Shown in pieces: positions 47,545 through 57,205 of a stretch of 64,000 bases of DNA. The position numbers and the translations under genes were made by a program. Every line of letters begins with the position of its first letter. Position 1 is the stretch's first letter. The notes under the pieces were generated by a model. It was not told the origin of the DNA. It saw only the letters and a program-made list of their open reading frames with translations, and did no database searches. The stretch is from Bradyrhizobium sp. Its GTDB lineage: Bacteria; Pseudomonadota; Alphaproteobacteria; Rhizobiales; Xanthobacteraceae. The DNA is taken from positions 29,238 through 93,237 of the forward strand of contig NZ_SSMW01000130.1 in assembly GCF_004799405.1 (NCBI RefSeq). Reading direction: 5' to 3'.

Positions 47545-49035
47545 TTAGACTCTTGCCCGAACAGGTCGCAACAGGAACGCCGGAAGGTGCGAGTGATCGG
47601 CAGGTTCCGCAGCCTGCTCGCGCGGGATCTGCGGCGCCTCGGCGCGGCCGATCGAAGGTGTCCGCGAGGCAATAGGTGCGGATGGCGGCGTGAATGCAGC
47701 CGGTACCTGCGGTTGCGGGCTGGAGTTGCGGCTACCACCCGACGCATGTCGCGGTCCGCGATCGCGGCGCGGCTTGCGTCCGTCGCGTGACCCCTCACGC
47801 GAAGCTTCTTTTGCTTCCCCGCGCCCACGCCGGTGGCGGGGTTGCTCGGTCTCGGTGCTGGACGCAGTCGCCGGATTATCGAGAGGCTCGTGATCGACCG
47901 ACCTGCTCGCAATGCCGCTTTCGGCGCGGGGGATAGTCTGCCCGATCAGCTTTTCGATCGCGAGCATGGATTTCTGGTCGAGCGGTGTAACGAGGGAGAT
48001 CGCGGTGCCGGCACGGCCGGCACGGCCGGTACGGCCGATGCGATGGACGTAGTCGTCGGCGTGATGCGGCACATCGAAATTGAAGACGTGGCTGGTCTCG
48101 GGAATGTCGAGGCCGCGGGCGGCGACGTCGGAGGCGACCAGCAGCGGAATCTCGCCCGTGCGGAATTGATCGAGAGAAGCGGTACGGGCCGATTGATCCA
48201 TGTCGCCGTGCAGCGCGCCGACGCTGAAACCGTGCTTCTGCAGCGATTTGTATATCAGCGCGACCTCGCGCTTGCGGTTGCAGAAGATGATCGCGTTCTT
48301 GAGATCCTTGGCGTCGCGCAGCAGCCGGCGCAGGGTCTCGCGTTTTTCGTGCGGCTCGCGGCCGACCGAAACCTGAAACTGCGACACGCCGACGGCGGTC
48401 GTTGCGGGTCTCGAAACTTCGATCTTCTCGGGATTGTGCAGGAAGGTTTCGGTGATGCGGCGGATTTCGGGCGGCATGGTCGCGGTGAAGAACAGCGTCT
48501 GCCTGGTAAAGGGGATCATCTTGCAGATGCGCTCGATGTCGGGAATGAAACCCATATCGAGCATGCGATCGGCTTCATCAATCACCAGCAACTCGACGCC
48601 GGTGAGCAGAAGCCCGCCGCGCTCGGTATGGTCGAGCAGCCGGCCGGGGGTTGCGATCAGCACGTCGACGCCGCGCGTCAATTTGGTGTCCTGGTCGCCG
48701 AACGAAACGCCGCCGATCAACAGCGCCACGTTGAGTTTCTGGCCGGCGCCGTATTTGTCGAAACTCTCCTTGACCTGGGCTGCGAGTTCGCGGGTTGGCT
48801 CGAGGATGAGGGTGCGGGGCATTCGGGCGCGGGCGCGGCCCTTTTCCAGCATGGTGAGCATCGGCAGGACGAAGGCGGCGGTCTTGCCGGTGCCGGTCTG
48901 GGCGATGCCGAGAACGTCCCGGCGGGCCAGCACGTGAGGAATCGCCTGTTCCTGAATGGGGGTGGGGGTGGTGTAACCGGTGGCCGCGACGGCGGCGAGC
49001 ACCTTGTCGGACAGGCCGAGATGGGAAAAAGACAT
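47545..49035 (-). CDS. rhlE: DEAD-box ATP-dependent RNA helicase (RhlE-like) with Arg-rich C-terminal tail
   Basis: Motifs AQTGTGKT, VIDEADRM and HRIGRTGRAG. Track ORF trimmed to ATG 49033-49035 (MSFSHLGLSDKVL). Confidence 0.92.
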   Translation of the reverse strand: MSFSHLGLSDKVLAAVAATGYTTPTPIQEQAIPHVLARRDVLGIAQTGTGKTAAFVLPMLTMLEKGRARARMPRTLILEPTRELAAQVKESFDKYGAGQKLNVALLIGGVSFGDQDTKLTRGVDVLIATPGRLLDHTERGGLLLTGVELLVIDEADRMLDMGFIPDIERICKMIPFTRQTLFFTATMPPEIRRITETFLHNPEKIEVSRPATTAVGVSQFQVSVGREPHEKRETLRRLLRDAKDLKNAIIFCNRKREVALIYKSLQKHGFSVGALHGDMDQSARTASLDQFRTGEIPLLVASDVAARGLDIPETSHVFNFDVPHHADDYVHRIGRTGRAGRAGTAISLVTPLDQKSMLAIEKLIGQTIPRAESGIASRSVDHEPLDNPATASSTETEQPRHRRGRGEAKEASREGSRDGRKPRRDRGPRHASGGSRNSSPQPQVPAAFTPPSAPIASRTPSIGRAEAPQIPREQAAEPADHSHLPAFLLRPVRARV

Positions 49036-49301
49036 TGAGCTTCTGGGAGCCTCTGATCGAAACCGCCGCTTGGATTCTCGAAAAATGACTGTCGCGCTCA
49101 ACCCCGGAACGGCACGCAGATTTGCACGGGATTCTTGGATACGCAGACAGGCGGCTTATTCGGGGCATCGCGTTTCGATACCGGGCCGCGTCGAGCCGGA
49201 ACATAGGGACGAATTGGACAAAGTCAATGGAGCACATGCGGGAAGCGTTGAAAAAGCTTAATGTTTTTGCATGAATGCCGTGAAAGCGGACAGGAATCAC
49301 C

Positions 49302-49889
49302 ATGTTCTCGAAAGCGCGCCTCGATACCCTCAGCGATGGAATTTTCGGCGTCGCCATGACGCTGCTGGTTCTCGACGTACGGCTGCCGGATGATTTTCAT
49401 CCCCAAAACAACGGTGAGTTGCTGCAGGGCCTTGCCGATCTGTGGCCGAAATTCCTGCCCTATGTGATTAGCTTCGGCGTGCTGGGATTGCGCTGGCTTT
49501 CCAATATCGAACTGCGGTCGCGCGCCGAATACGTCGAGCGCGAATACACCAATTGGTGGTTGCTTTATCTGTTGCTGATCACCTGCGTGCCGTTCTCGAC
49601 CATCGTGGTCGGTCGCTTTGCGCATTTCGCGCCGGCGATCTGGCTTTATGCCGGTCATACGCTGCTGATTGCCGCGGTCGGATTGCGGCTGTTTTCCATC
49701 ACGCCGCACCTGGAGGCAGGCGACCATCTGCGTCACCGACAGTTGTCGGCGGTGCTGCTGATCGTTACCTCGGTGCTGGCGATTGTGCTCAGCTTCGTCA
49801 ATTCGAGGGTGGCGCTTTGGGCGCTCGCCCTGAATTTCGCCGCACCGCTGCTTCGGAAATGGCGCCGCCGGGCCGGCGCGTCCGATTGA
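49302..49889 (+). CDS. TMEM175/DUF1211-family membrane protein (putative K+ channel family)
   Basis: 195 aa with N-terminal signature RLDTLSDGIFGVAMTLLVLD and about six hydrophobic helices. Confidence 0.7.
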   Translation: MFSKARLDTLSDGIFGVAMTLLVLDVRLPDDFHPQNNGELLQGLADLWPKFLPYVISFGVLGLRWLSNIELRSRAEYVEREYTNWWLLYLLLITCVPFSTIVVGRFAHFAPAIWLYAGHTLLIAAVGLRLFSITPHLEAGDHLRHRQLSAVLLIVTSVLAIVLSFVNSRVALWALALNFAAPLLRKWRRRAGASD

Positions 49890-49964
49890 ACCATCGGCCC
49901 GGCTTTGCCGACTACGGCATAGGCGGAGCCGCGCCAGCGGCGGGCCGTGCAAGCGGGGAATTCG

Positions 49965-51467
49965 ATGAAGATATGGCTTTCCAGACTGGCCGCGGTGGTC
50001 GGCGCCATTGCCGCGTCGGTGGCGCTTGCTGCGCCTGCCTATGCGGAGAAGCGCGTCGCACTGGTGATCGGCAACAATGATTACAAGAACGTTCCCAAGC
50101 TGCAGAAGGCCGTCAACGACGCCCGCACCATGGGCGACACCTTGAAGCAACTGGGTTTCAGTGTGATGCTGGCGGAGAACCAGACGCGCCAGGCGTTCAG
50201 CCAGACCCTGCTGGCGTTCGACGCGGCCGTGGAGCCCGGCGACACCGCGTTCTTCTTCTATGCCGGCCACGGCTTTGAAATCGCGGGACAGAATTTCCTG
50301 CTGCCGACCGACGTGCCGGCGGCAAGCGAGGGCCAGGAAGAACTGGTGCGCGACGCCTCCGTGCTGGCCGACCGAATCATCGAGCGCCTGCAGAACAAGA
50401 AAGTGCGCACCGCCATCCTGGTGTTCGACGCCTGCCGCAACAATCCGTTCGAACGCTCAGGCACCCGCGCGGTGGCCGGCGGCGGCGGCCTCGCGCCGAT
50501 GACGCAACTGCCGGAAGGCGTCTTCTCGGTGTTTTCAGCCGGGCCGCGGCAGACCGCGCTCGATCGTCTCTCCAACAATGACGACAATCCCAATTCGGTG
50601 TTCACGCGAACCTTCGCCAGGGAACTGCTGCAACCCGGCGAAAACCTCGTTCAGGTGGCCCAGCACACGCGCCGGCTGGTCAGCGAGATGGCGGAGACGG
50701 TCAGCCACAAGCAGATTCCGGTTTATTTCGACCAGATGGTCGACGACGTGTTCCTCAATGGCGTGGCCAAGGGAGAACCCGAACCCGCAAAATCTGCCGA
50801 GCCTGCGCAAAAGGTCGTGGCGTTGCCGCCGGTGTCGGTGCCGCGCACGGCGCCCTCGAACGATTCCGTCAACGCCCCGATCGCGATGTTCTCGCGCCAC
50901 AATGGCGGGTGGACCGTGGTGTTCTCGATCGCCGATCCGACCCTGGGAATTTCGTGGCGCATGGGTGACGCCGGCGAATTCCGCGAAACCGGGTTCATGG
51001 ACACGCTGGATCCGCGTACGCGCAAGCGGATGCCCAACCCGTCGATCGAACTTGCCGCCGACGCCCCGGCGGCCACCATCGAGGTCCGTTATGTCGATGC
51101 GTCCGGCGAATTGCAGGGCCCGTTCCCGATAAAGTTCGATCCGGAGGCCGCACTCATCCACGATCAGCGCAAAATCCTTGACATGACCGCGACGAGCTGG
51201 CTGTCGTTTCGCGAGTTCAACGGGCTGCTGGTCTACTACACCCAGCTGATGTCGTATCGCTGCGCGATTCGCGAAGCGCGCGTCGGCATCGACACCGCGG
51301 TGCCGGACAAGGTCCTGAAAATGCCGCCGTGCGACCCCAGGGATCCCTCGGCCATCCCGCACGAGGCTTTGCCCTATCTCAAGCTGCCGCCTGAAACCAA
51401 ATCGGTCTCGGTGGAGTTGACCTATCGCGACGGCAGCGTCTCGGAAATCAAGAGCTTCCGGCGCTGA
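49965..51467 (+). CDS. secreted caspase-family (peptidase C14) protein with uncharacterised C-terminal domain
   Basis: Signal peptide MKIWLSRLAAVVGAIAASVALAAPAYA, catalytic His in FFFYAGHGFE and catalytic Cys in LVFDACRNNPF. Track ORF trimmed to ATG 49965. Confidence 0.8.
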   Translation: MKIWLSRLAAVVGAIAASVALAAPAYAEKRVALVIGNNDYKNVPKLQKAVNDARTMGDTLKQLGFSVMLAENQTRQAFSQTLLAFDAAVEPGDTAFFFYAGHGFEIAGQNFLLPTDVPAASEGQEELVRDASVLADRIIERLQNKKVRTAILVFDACRNNPFERSGTRAVAGGGGLAPMTQLPEGVFSVFSAGPRQTALDRLSNNDDNPNSVFTRTFARELLQPGENLVQVAQHTRRLVSEMAETVSHKQIPVYFDQMVDDVFLNGVAKGEPEPAKSAEPAQKVVALPPVSVPRTAPSNDSVNAPIAMFSRHNGGWTVVFSIADPTLGISWRMGDAGEFRETGFMDTLDPRTRKRMPNPSIELAADAPAATIEVRYVDASGELQGPFPIKFDPEAALIHDQRKILDMTATSWLSFREFNGLLVYYTQLMSYRCAIREARVGIDTAVPDKVLKMPPCDPRDPSAIPHEALPYLKLPPETKSVSVELTYRDGSVSEIKSFRR

Positions 51468-51491
51468 ACCTCGATCAACGAAAGCCGGATC

Positions 51492-52745
51492 ATGGACGCG
51501 GGTACTTCTTCGGAACGGTCATCCCGGCTCGATACGCGATGCTGCATTGTCGGCGGCGGGCCCGCCGGCATGATGCTGGGATACCTGTTGGGGCGCGCCG
51601 GGATCGACACCGTCGTGCTGGAAAAGCATGCCGACTTCTTCCGGGATTTCCGCGGCGATACCGTGCACCCCTCGACGCTGCAGGTGATGGACGAACTCGG
51701 CCTGATCGACGGCCTCCTGAAGCTTCCGCACCAGCGTGTGCAAAAGATGGACGGCAAATTCGGTGACACCTCGATTCGGGTCGCCGACCTCAGCCGTGTG
51801 CCAACCAAATACCCGTTCATCGCGCTGATGCCGCAATGGGATTTTCTTAATTTTCTGCGCGAGAGCGGCAAACAGTTCGCCTCGCTCAAGGTCATGATGA
51901 ATGCCGAGGCGGCCGATCTGGTCTGGTCGGGCGACACCGTCGCAGGCGTCAAAGTGAACACGCCGGATGGACCGGTCGAAATCCATGCCGATCTCACGAT
52001 CGGCTGCGATGGGCGGCATTCGGTCGTTCGTCAGCGGGCCAACCTCGAACTGACGGAGATCGGCGCGCCGATGGATGTGTTGTGGTTTCGCGCCGGCAAA
52101 CGCCTGGGCGAAACCGAAAACCTGTTTGCCCGGGTTGAGACCGGCAAGATGATGGTGACTTTCGACCGCGGCGATTATTGGCAATGCGCCTATGTGATCG
52201 CGAAGGGACAATATGAAGCGGTGAAGGCGCGCGGCCTCGAGGCATTTTTGGATGACGTCAAGCGCATGGCGCCGATCCTGAAGGAGGGGGTCGCCGAGGT
52301 CAAAACCTGGGACGACGTGAAACTGTTGACGGTGGCGATCGACCGGCTCAAGCACTGGACGCGGCCCGGGTTGCTTTGCATCGGCGACGCCGCGCATGCG
52401 ATGTCGCCGATCGGCGGCGTCGGCGTCAACCTGGCGGTTCAGGACGCGGTCGCGACCGCGAACCTGCTGGCCGCGCGATTGACCAAAGGGCGTCCTTCGG
52501 AGGATGAACTCGATGCGGTGCGGCGGCGCCGGGAATTTCCGGTGCGGATGACGCAGGCGATGCAAGTCATGGTCCAGAATAATCTGATCAGTGCCGCGCT
52601 CAGCCCCGGCGATCGGCCGCTCAGCGCTCCGGTATTTTTGCGTATCATAAGTGCGGTGCCGTGGCTGCAGGGTCTCACCGCGCGATTCGTCGCCGTCGGC
52701 GTGCGGCCCGAGCATGTGCAATCGCCGGAAGCTGCGCGATCGTAA
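51492..52745 (+). CDS. FAD-dependent oxidoreductase/monooxygenase (UbiH/PHBH-like fold)
   Basis: 417 aa with dinucleotide motif IVGGGPAG and the later GDAAHAMSPIGGVGVN motif. It starts 24 nt after the caspase gene. Confidence 0.8.
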   Translation: MDAGTSSERSSRLDTRCCIVGGGPAGMMLGYLLGRAGIDTVVLEKHADFFRDFRGDTVHPSTLQVMDELGLIDGLLKLPHQRVQKMDGKFGDTSIRVADLSRVPTKYPFIALMPQWDFLNFLRESGKQFASLKVMMNAEAADLVWSGDTVAGVKVNTPDGPVEIHADLTIGCDGRHSVVRQRANLELTEIGAPMDVLWFRAGKRLGETENLFARVETGKMMVTFDRGDYWQCAYVIAKGQYEAVKARGLEAFLDDVKRMAPILKEGVAEVKTWDDVKLLTVAIDRLKHWTRPGLLCIGDAAHAMSPIGGVGVNLAVQDAVATANLLAARLTKGRPSEDELDAVRRRREFPVRMTQAMQVMVQNNLISAALSPGDRPLSAPVFLRIISAVPWLQGLTARFVAVGVRPEHVQSPEAARS

Positions 52746-52765
52746 CGCGGCGGGGTTTTTCGCGT

Positions 52766-53536
52766 CTAACCCATCACCGAGAAACCGCCGTCAACGGGAA
52801 TCGCAGTCCCCGTGACAAAATCCGATGCGCTCGAGGAGAGAAACACCGCGATCCCCGCGAAGTCGGCGATCTCGCCCCAGCGTGCCGCCGGCGTGCGGGC
52901 CAAAACCTTGTCATGGAGGCCCGCGATCTCCTGACGGGCGCGCTTGGTCAAGTCGGTATCGATCCAGCCCGGCAGCACCGCATTGACCTGGATGTTGTCG
53001 CCGGCCCACGCCACCGCGCAGGAGCGGGTGAACTGCACGATGCCGCCTTTGCTGGCGGCATAGGCCGGCGCGAAGCCGGCGCCGAAGATCGACATCATCG
53101 AGCCGATATTGATGATCTTGCCGCCGCCTGCCGCCTTCATGGCCGGATAGACCGCCTGCGAGCACAGGAAGGCGCTGGTGAGGTTGGTCCTGATCACGCT
53201 GTCCCATTCGGCGATATCGAGGCTGTGCGGGGGTTTGCGGATGTTGATGCCGGCATTGTTGACGAGGATGTCGATCCGCCCGAATTCGCGCACCGTGCGC
53301 TCGACCATGGCGGCGACGGCGGATTTGTCGGTGACGTCGGCGACGACCGAGATCGCCTTGGCGCCGCTTTGCCTTAGGTCCGCGGCCGCGGCGTTCGACT
53401 TGGCTTCGTTGCGGCCGGCGATGACGACCGCAGCACCCGCTGCCGCCAATCCGCGCGCCATGCCAAGGCCGATGCCGCCATTGCCGCCGGTGACAACAGC
53501 GACCTTGCCGGCGAGATCGAATAGCAGGCCCGCCAT
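52766..53536 (-). CDS. SDR-family oxidoreductase
   Basis: Track ORF trimmed to ATG 53534-53536 (MAGLLFDLAGKVAVVTGGNGGIGLG). Carries the catalytic YAASKGG motif. 256 aa. Confidence 0.88.
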   Translation of the reverse strand: MAGLLFDLAGKVAVVTGGNGGIGLGMARGLAAAGAAVVIAGRNEAKSNAAAADLRQSGAKAISVVADVTDKSAVAAMVERTVREFGRIDILVNNAGINIRKPPHSLDIAEWDSVIRTNLTSAFLCSQAVYPAMKAAGGGKIINIGSMMSIFGAGFAPAYAASKGGIVQFTRSCAVAWAGDNIQVNAVLPGWIDTDLTKRARQEIAGLHDKVLARTPAARWGEIADFAGIAVFLSSSASDFVTGTAIPVDGGFSVMG

Positions 53537-53721
53537 CAGCGCTTGCTCTGCCAGATCAAAACGAGGCCGAACATGGCCAATGCTGCGCCGTATCCCGCCC
53601 ACTGGATCTGGCTGATCATGAAACTCGATTCCGGCCATTTGACCGCGCCGGTACCCTGGCCGATCCAGAGCAGCCCGATAGCGAGCGCAATCAAGCCGAC
53701 GACCAGAAGCAATGTGCGCAT
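53536..53721 (-). CDS. small two-TM membrane protein (61 aa), hypothetical
   Basis: MRTLLLVVGLIALAIGLLWIGQG...AGYGAALAMFGLVLIWQSKR. GAGGA lies about 9 nt upstream of ATG 53719-53721. Its TGA overlaps the SDR ATG by 1 nt (TGATG). Confidence 0.45.
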   Translation of the reverse strand: MRTLLLVVGLIALAIGLLWIGQGTGAVKWPESSFMISQIQWAGYGAALAMFGLVLIWQSKR

Positions 53722-53841
53722 GGGATTTTTCCTCGTTCGCCTTGGCAGCGCCGGTGCTCCCGCGCCACGAGCGACACAGTGGCGCGCCCGCTGCCGCGGA
53801 GCAAGGGCGGGATTTTGCTGGATTGCCGTTCGTCCAGACAC

Positions 53842-53871
53842 AAAAAAGCCCCGGACGATGCCGGGGCTTTT
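53842..53871 (-). terminator. Rho-independent (bidirectional-looking) terminator downstream of the porin gene
   Basis: AAAAGCCCCGG-ACGATG-CCGGGGCTTTT, a GC stem flanked by A and T runs, about 30 nt after the stop at 53899. Confidence 0.8.
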
Positions 53872-53898
53872 GAGTTATCTGATTTCAGCTCGGACGTT

Positions 53899-54708
53899 TT
53901 AGTGCCACATATTGAACTTGTAGATCAGCGACGTCGTGGCTGCTTGCACGTCTACCTTGGAATGTTCCGAGAGGAAAACCGGAACTCCCGTGAAGGTGTT
54001 TATGCCCGTTCGATCGGCCCCGTTGAAACGGGAGTAGCGATATTCGTTGCGCCAGTACAGGCCCGGAATGCTGGGTACCGCAAATTCGGTACCGCTGCCG
54101 AGGAACCAGCCATGGAACGTGGTGGCGGCCAGTGACGACCCCAAAGGCCCGAGTCCACCGCTCACGTTCAGATCAACTTGACCGAAGTGGGTTTCGGTGT
54201 AGCCCCCGTTGAAATAAGTCAGCAGCGACGGCGTGACCAGAATGCCGATCCGCGGGCCCACTGCCCACGACCAGTTCTGCTTGTCAGATCCAAAAACGGT
54301 GGCAACTCCAAATGGGGGAGCGGCAGTGAAGAGCGGCACAGAGCCTTCGAAGTTGCCCTTGGCACCCCCAAAATCATAGTCGCCCATAACGCCGAAAACG
54401 ACACCGTAGCCTAACGCTGTAAACTGGTAGTCGCAGCCAGCGCCAACCATGCCGAGCCAGCCTCTTCCGCCGGTGGTGGTCGTGTCGGTGAGCGGGGTGT
54501 TGGTGGGATCGCCAGTTAATACTCCATAGTGATCGTCATAGGACATGCTGTAGCCGCCGCCGCCGCTAATATAGCAGCCAGTCCATGTCGCGACCGGCGG
54601 CGCTACCACAGGAGCCTTGGTGTAGCGGGGGGCCGGGGCCATGTCGGCTGCGAACGCTGATCCCGTCAGGGCGGCCAAGGCGGACAAAGTCATCGCTAAC
54701 TTTTTCAT
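53899..54708 (-). CDS. outer-membrane beta-barrel protein (small porin/OmpA-like barrel family)
   Basis: Track ORF trimmed to ATG 54706-54708 (GAGGA upstream). Signal peptide MKKLAMTLSALAALTGSAFA, alternating beta-strand pattern and aromatic C-terminus YKFNMWH. Confidence 0.7.
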   Translation of the reverse strand: MKKLAMTLSALAALTGSAFAADMAPAPRYTKAPVVAPPVATWTGCYISGGGGYSMSYDDHYGVLTGDPTNTPLTDTTTTGGRGWLGMVGAGCDYQFTALGYGVVFGVMGDYDFGGAKGNFEGSVPLFTAAPPFGVATVFGSDKQNWSWAVGPRIGILVTPSLLTYFNGGYTETHFGQVDLNVSGGLGPLGSSLAATTFHGWFLGSGTEFAVPSIPGLYWRNEYRYSRFNGADRTGINTFTGVPVFLSEHSKVDVQAATTSLIYKFNMWH

Positions 54709-54927
54709 TTTCAATTCCTCGCTGAAAGCGCTCGGACCCATTCGCGGGCAAAAGGACGCTGGACTTCAAAACCTGTCGCGATTTATAACCAGCTCTGGCC
54801 AAAATGCTGTTGCACAAGCGCAACAATCGCCAGGGAAAGAACAAGGTATTGTTTTTATTGTAGTTTTTATGTGGAAATAAAGTGAAATAGTCCGTGCGGG
54901 GCGATTAGCGTCGGCTAAGCGGCGCCT

Positions 54928-56985
54928 TCATACGTCCAGCAGGTCCTCGCGGGCGAATTCGGCCTTGTCGGAAATGAAGGCGAATCGGGCCTCGGCCTTG
55001 GCGCCCATCAGCCGCTCCACGGAATCGGCGGTGCCTTCGCGATCGTCCGCCAGCAGCACCACGCGCAGCATGGTGCGCTTGGCCGGGTCCATGGTGGTTT
55101 CCTTCAATTGCGCCGGCATCATTTCGCCCAAGCCCTTGAAACGGCCGACCTCGACCTTGGCGTTGGCGTTGAACTCGCTTTTGAGCAGCGCGTCCTTGTG
55201 GGCGTCGTCGCGGGCGTAAACCGTCTTGCCGCCGTGGGCGAGGCGATAGAGCGGCGGCACCGCGAGATAAAGATGCCCCTCATCAATCAGGCGCGGCGTC
55301 TGCCGGTAGAAAAACGTGATCAGCAGCGAAGCGATATGCGCGCCGTCGACGTCGGCATCGGTCATGATGATGATGCGCGAATAGCGCAGGTCCTCTTCGC
55401 GGTAATGGGCGCCGGCGCCGCAGCCGATCGCCTGCATCAGGTCGGCGAGCTGCGTGTTGGCGGTCAGCTTGTCCTTGGTGGCGGATGCGACATTGAGGAT
55501 CTTGCCCCGCAACGGCAGGATGGCCTGGGTTTTGCGGTCGCGCGCCTGCTTGGCGCTGCCGCCGGCGCTGTCACCCTCGACGATGAACAGCTCGGAGCCT
55601 TCGGCAGCGGTGTTGGAGCAGTCGGAGAGCTTGCCGGGCAGGCGCGCTCTCTTGGTCGCGGTCTTGCGGGAAATTTCCTTTTCCGCGCGGCGGCGCAGCC
55701 GCTCGTCGGCCCGCTCGATGACGAAATCCAGCAGCTTGTTGGCCTGCACCGGATTGCCCGACAGCCAATGGTCGAACGGATCCTTGATGGCCTGCTCGAC
55801 GATGCGCTGGGCTTCGGTGGTTGCCAGGCGGTCCTTGGTCTGGCCCTGGAATTCCGGCTCGCGCACGAACACGCTGAGCATCACGGCTGCACCCACCATG
55901 ACGTCTTCGGAAACGATGGAGGCGGCACGCTTGCTTTGGCCGACGCGTTCGGCGTGATCCTTCAGGCCGCGCAGCAGCGCGCTGCGCATGCCCGATTCAT
56001 GGGTGCCGCCATCCTGGGTCGGCACGGTGTTGCAATAGGACGACAGGAAACCATCGGCGTCGGCGGTCCAGGCGACGGCCCATTCGCAGGCGCCATGGGC
56101 GCCGACGCGGCCCGATCGGCCGGAGAAGATATCTGGATGCACCAGAGTGTCGGCGTGAACCGCGGCGCTGAGATAATCCTTTAACCCGCCGGCGAAGTGA
56201 AACCTGGCTTCGGCGGGAACGTCTTCGACGCCCTTCAGCAAGCTTGCGTCGCAGCGCCAGCGGATTTCGACGCCGCCGAACAGATAGGCCTTCGAACGCG
56301 CCATCTTGAACAGGCGCTGCGGCTTGAAGGTGGCCCTGGCGCCGAAAATGTCGGTATCGGGCTTGAACCGGATGGTCGTGCCGCGGCGGTTGTTGATCTT
56401 GCCGAGTTCTTCGAGCTTGCCCTTGGGATGGCCGCGCTCGAAGCTCATGCGATAGAGTTTCTGGCTGCGCGCGACCTCGACTTCGAGCCGCGAGGACAGC
56501 GCGTTGACCACGGAGACGCCGACGCCGTGCAGGCCGCCGGAGGTCTCATAGACCTTGGAGTCGAATTTGCCGCCGGAATGCAGCGTGCACATGATGACTT
56601 CGAGCGCGGATTTCTTCGGAAACTTCGGATGCGGATCGACGGGGATGCCGCGGCCATTGTCGATGACGGTCAGAAACCCGTCTGCGCCGAGTTCGACTTC
56701 GATGAAATCCGCGTGCCCCGCCAGCGCCTCGTCCATGGCGTTGTCGATGACTTCGGCGAACAGGTGATGCAGCGCCTTCTCGTCGGTGCCGCCGATATAC
56801 ATCCCGGGGCGGCGGCGCACCGGCTCGAGGCCTTCCAGCACCTCGATATCGCGTGCGGTGTAGCCGGCCTCGGCGCTGGAGGCGCGGGAGGCGACCTTGA
56901 GCGGAGCCCGGGCCTTCGGCCCCGGGGCGCCAAACAGGTCGTCCGTGGTTTTGTTTTTTGCAGCGGATTTCAAGGGTTTCGGCAT
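54928..56985 (-). CDS. parE: DNA topoisomerase IV subunit B
   Basis: 685 aa with GHKL ATPase motifs EVIDNAMDEA and GLHGVG and TOPRIM EGDSAGG plus PLRGKILNV. The length lacks the long GyrB-specific insertion, favouring ParE. Confidence 0.88.
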   Translation of the reverse strand: MPKPLKSAAKNKTTDDLFGAPGPKARAPLKVASRASSAEAGYTARDIEVLEGLEPVRRRPGMYIGGTDEKALHHLFAEVIDNAMDEALAGHADFIEVELGADGFLTVIDNGRGIPVDPHPKFPKKSALEVIMCTLHSGGKFDSKVYETSGGLHGVGVSVVNALSSRLEVEVARSQKLYRMSFERGHPKGKLEELGKINNRRGTTIRFKPDTDIFGARATFKPQRLFKMARSKAYLFGGVEIRWRCDASLLKGVEDVPAEARFHFAGGLKDYLSAAVHADTLVHPDIFSGRSGRVGAHGACEWAVAWTADADGFLSSYCNTVPTQDGGTHESGMRSALLRGLKDHAERVGQSKRAASIVSEDVMVGAAVMLSVFVREPEFQGQTKDRLATTEAQRIVEQAIKDPFDHWLSGNPVQANKLLDFVIERADERLRRRAEKEISRKTATKRARLPGKLSDCSNTAAEGSELFIVEGDSAGGSAKQARDRKTQAILPLRGKILNVASATKDKLTANTQLADLMQAIGCGAGAHYREEDLRYSRIIIMTDADVDGAHIASLLITFFYRQTPRLIDEGHLYLAVPPLYRLAHGGKTVYARDDAHKDALLKSEFNANAKVEVGRFKGLGEMMPAQLKETTMDPAKRTMLRVVLLADDREGTADSVERLMGAKAEARFAFISDKAEFAREDLLDV

Positions 56986-57205
56986 GGTTCTTTATGTGTT
57001 TTGCGCGCCGTGGGCGCCGCGAATCGGCTCCCATGACTATGCCACGGATGGGCTGCAAATGTGACTGTGGTCCGCGCGCAGGCACGGGCTCGCCTTTGTG
57101 ACTTGATGTCACGCCGGTGGCTGGCTTACCTGTTCGGGACATTGGGCGAGCAGAAGGTTCACGCCTCGTTAAGGGCGAGCGAAGGGCCGCAAAGGGCGTG
57201 TTGGG

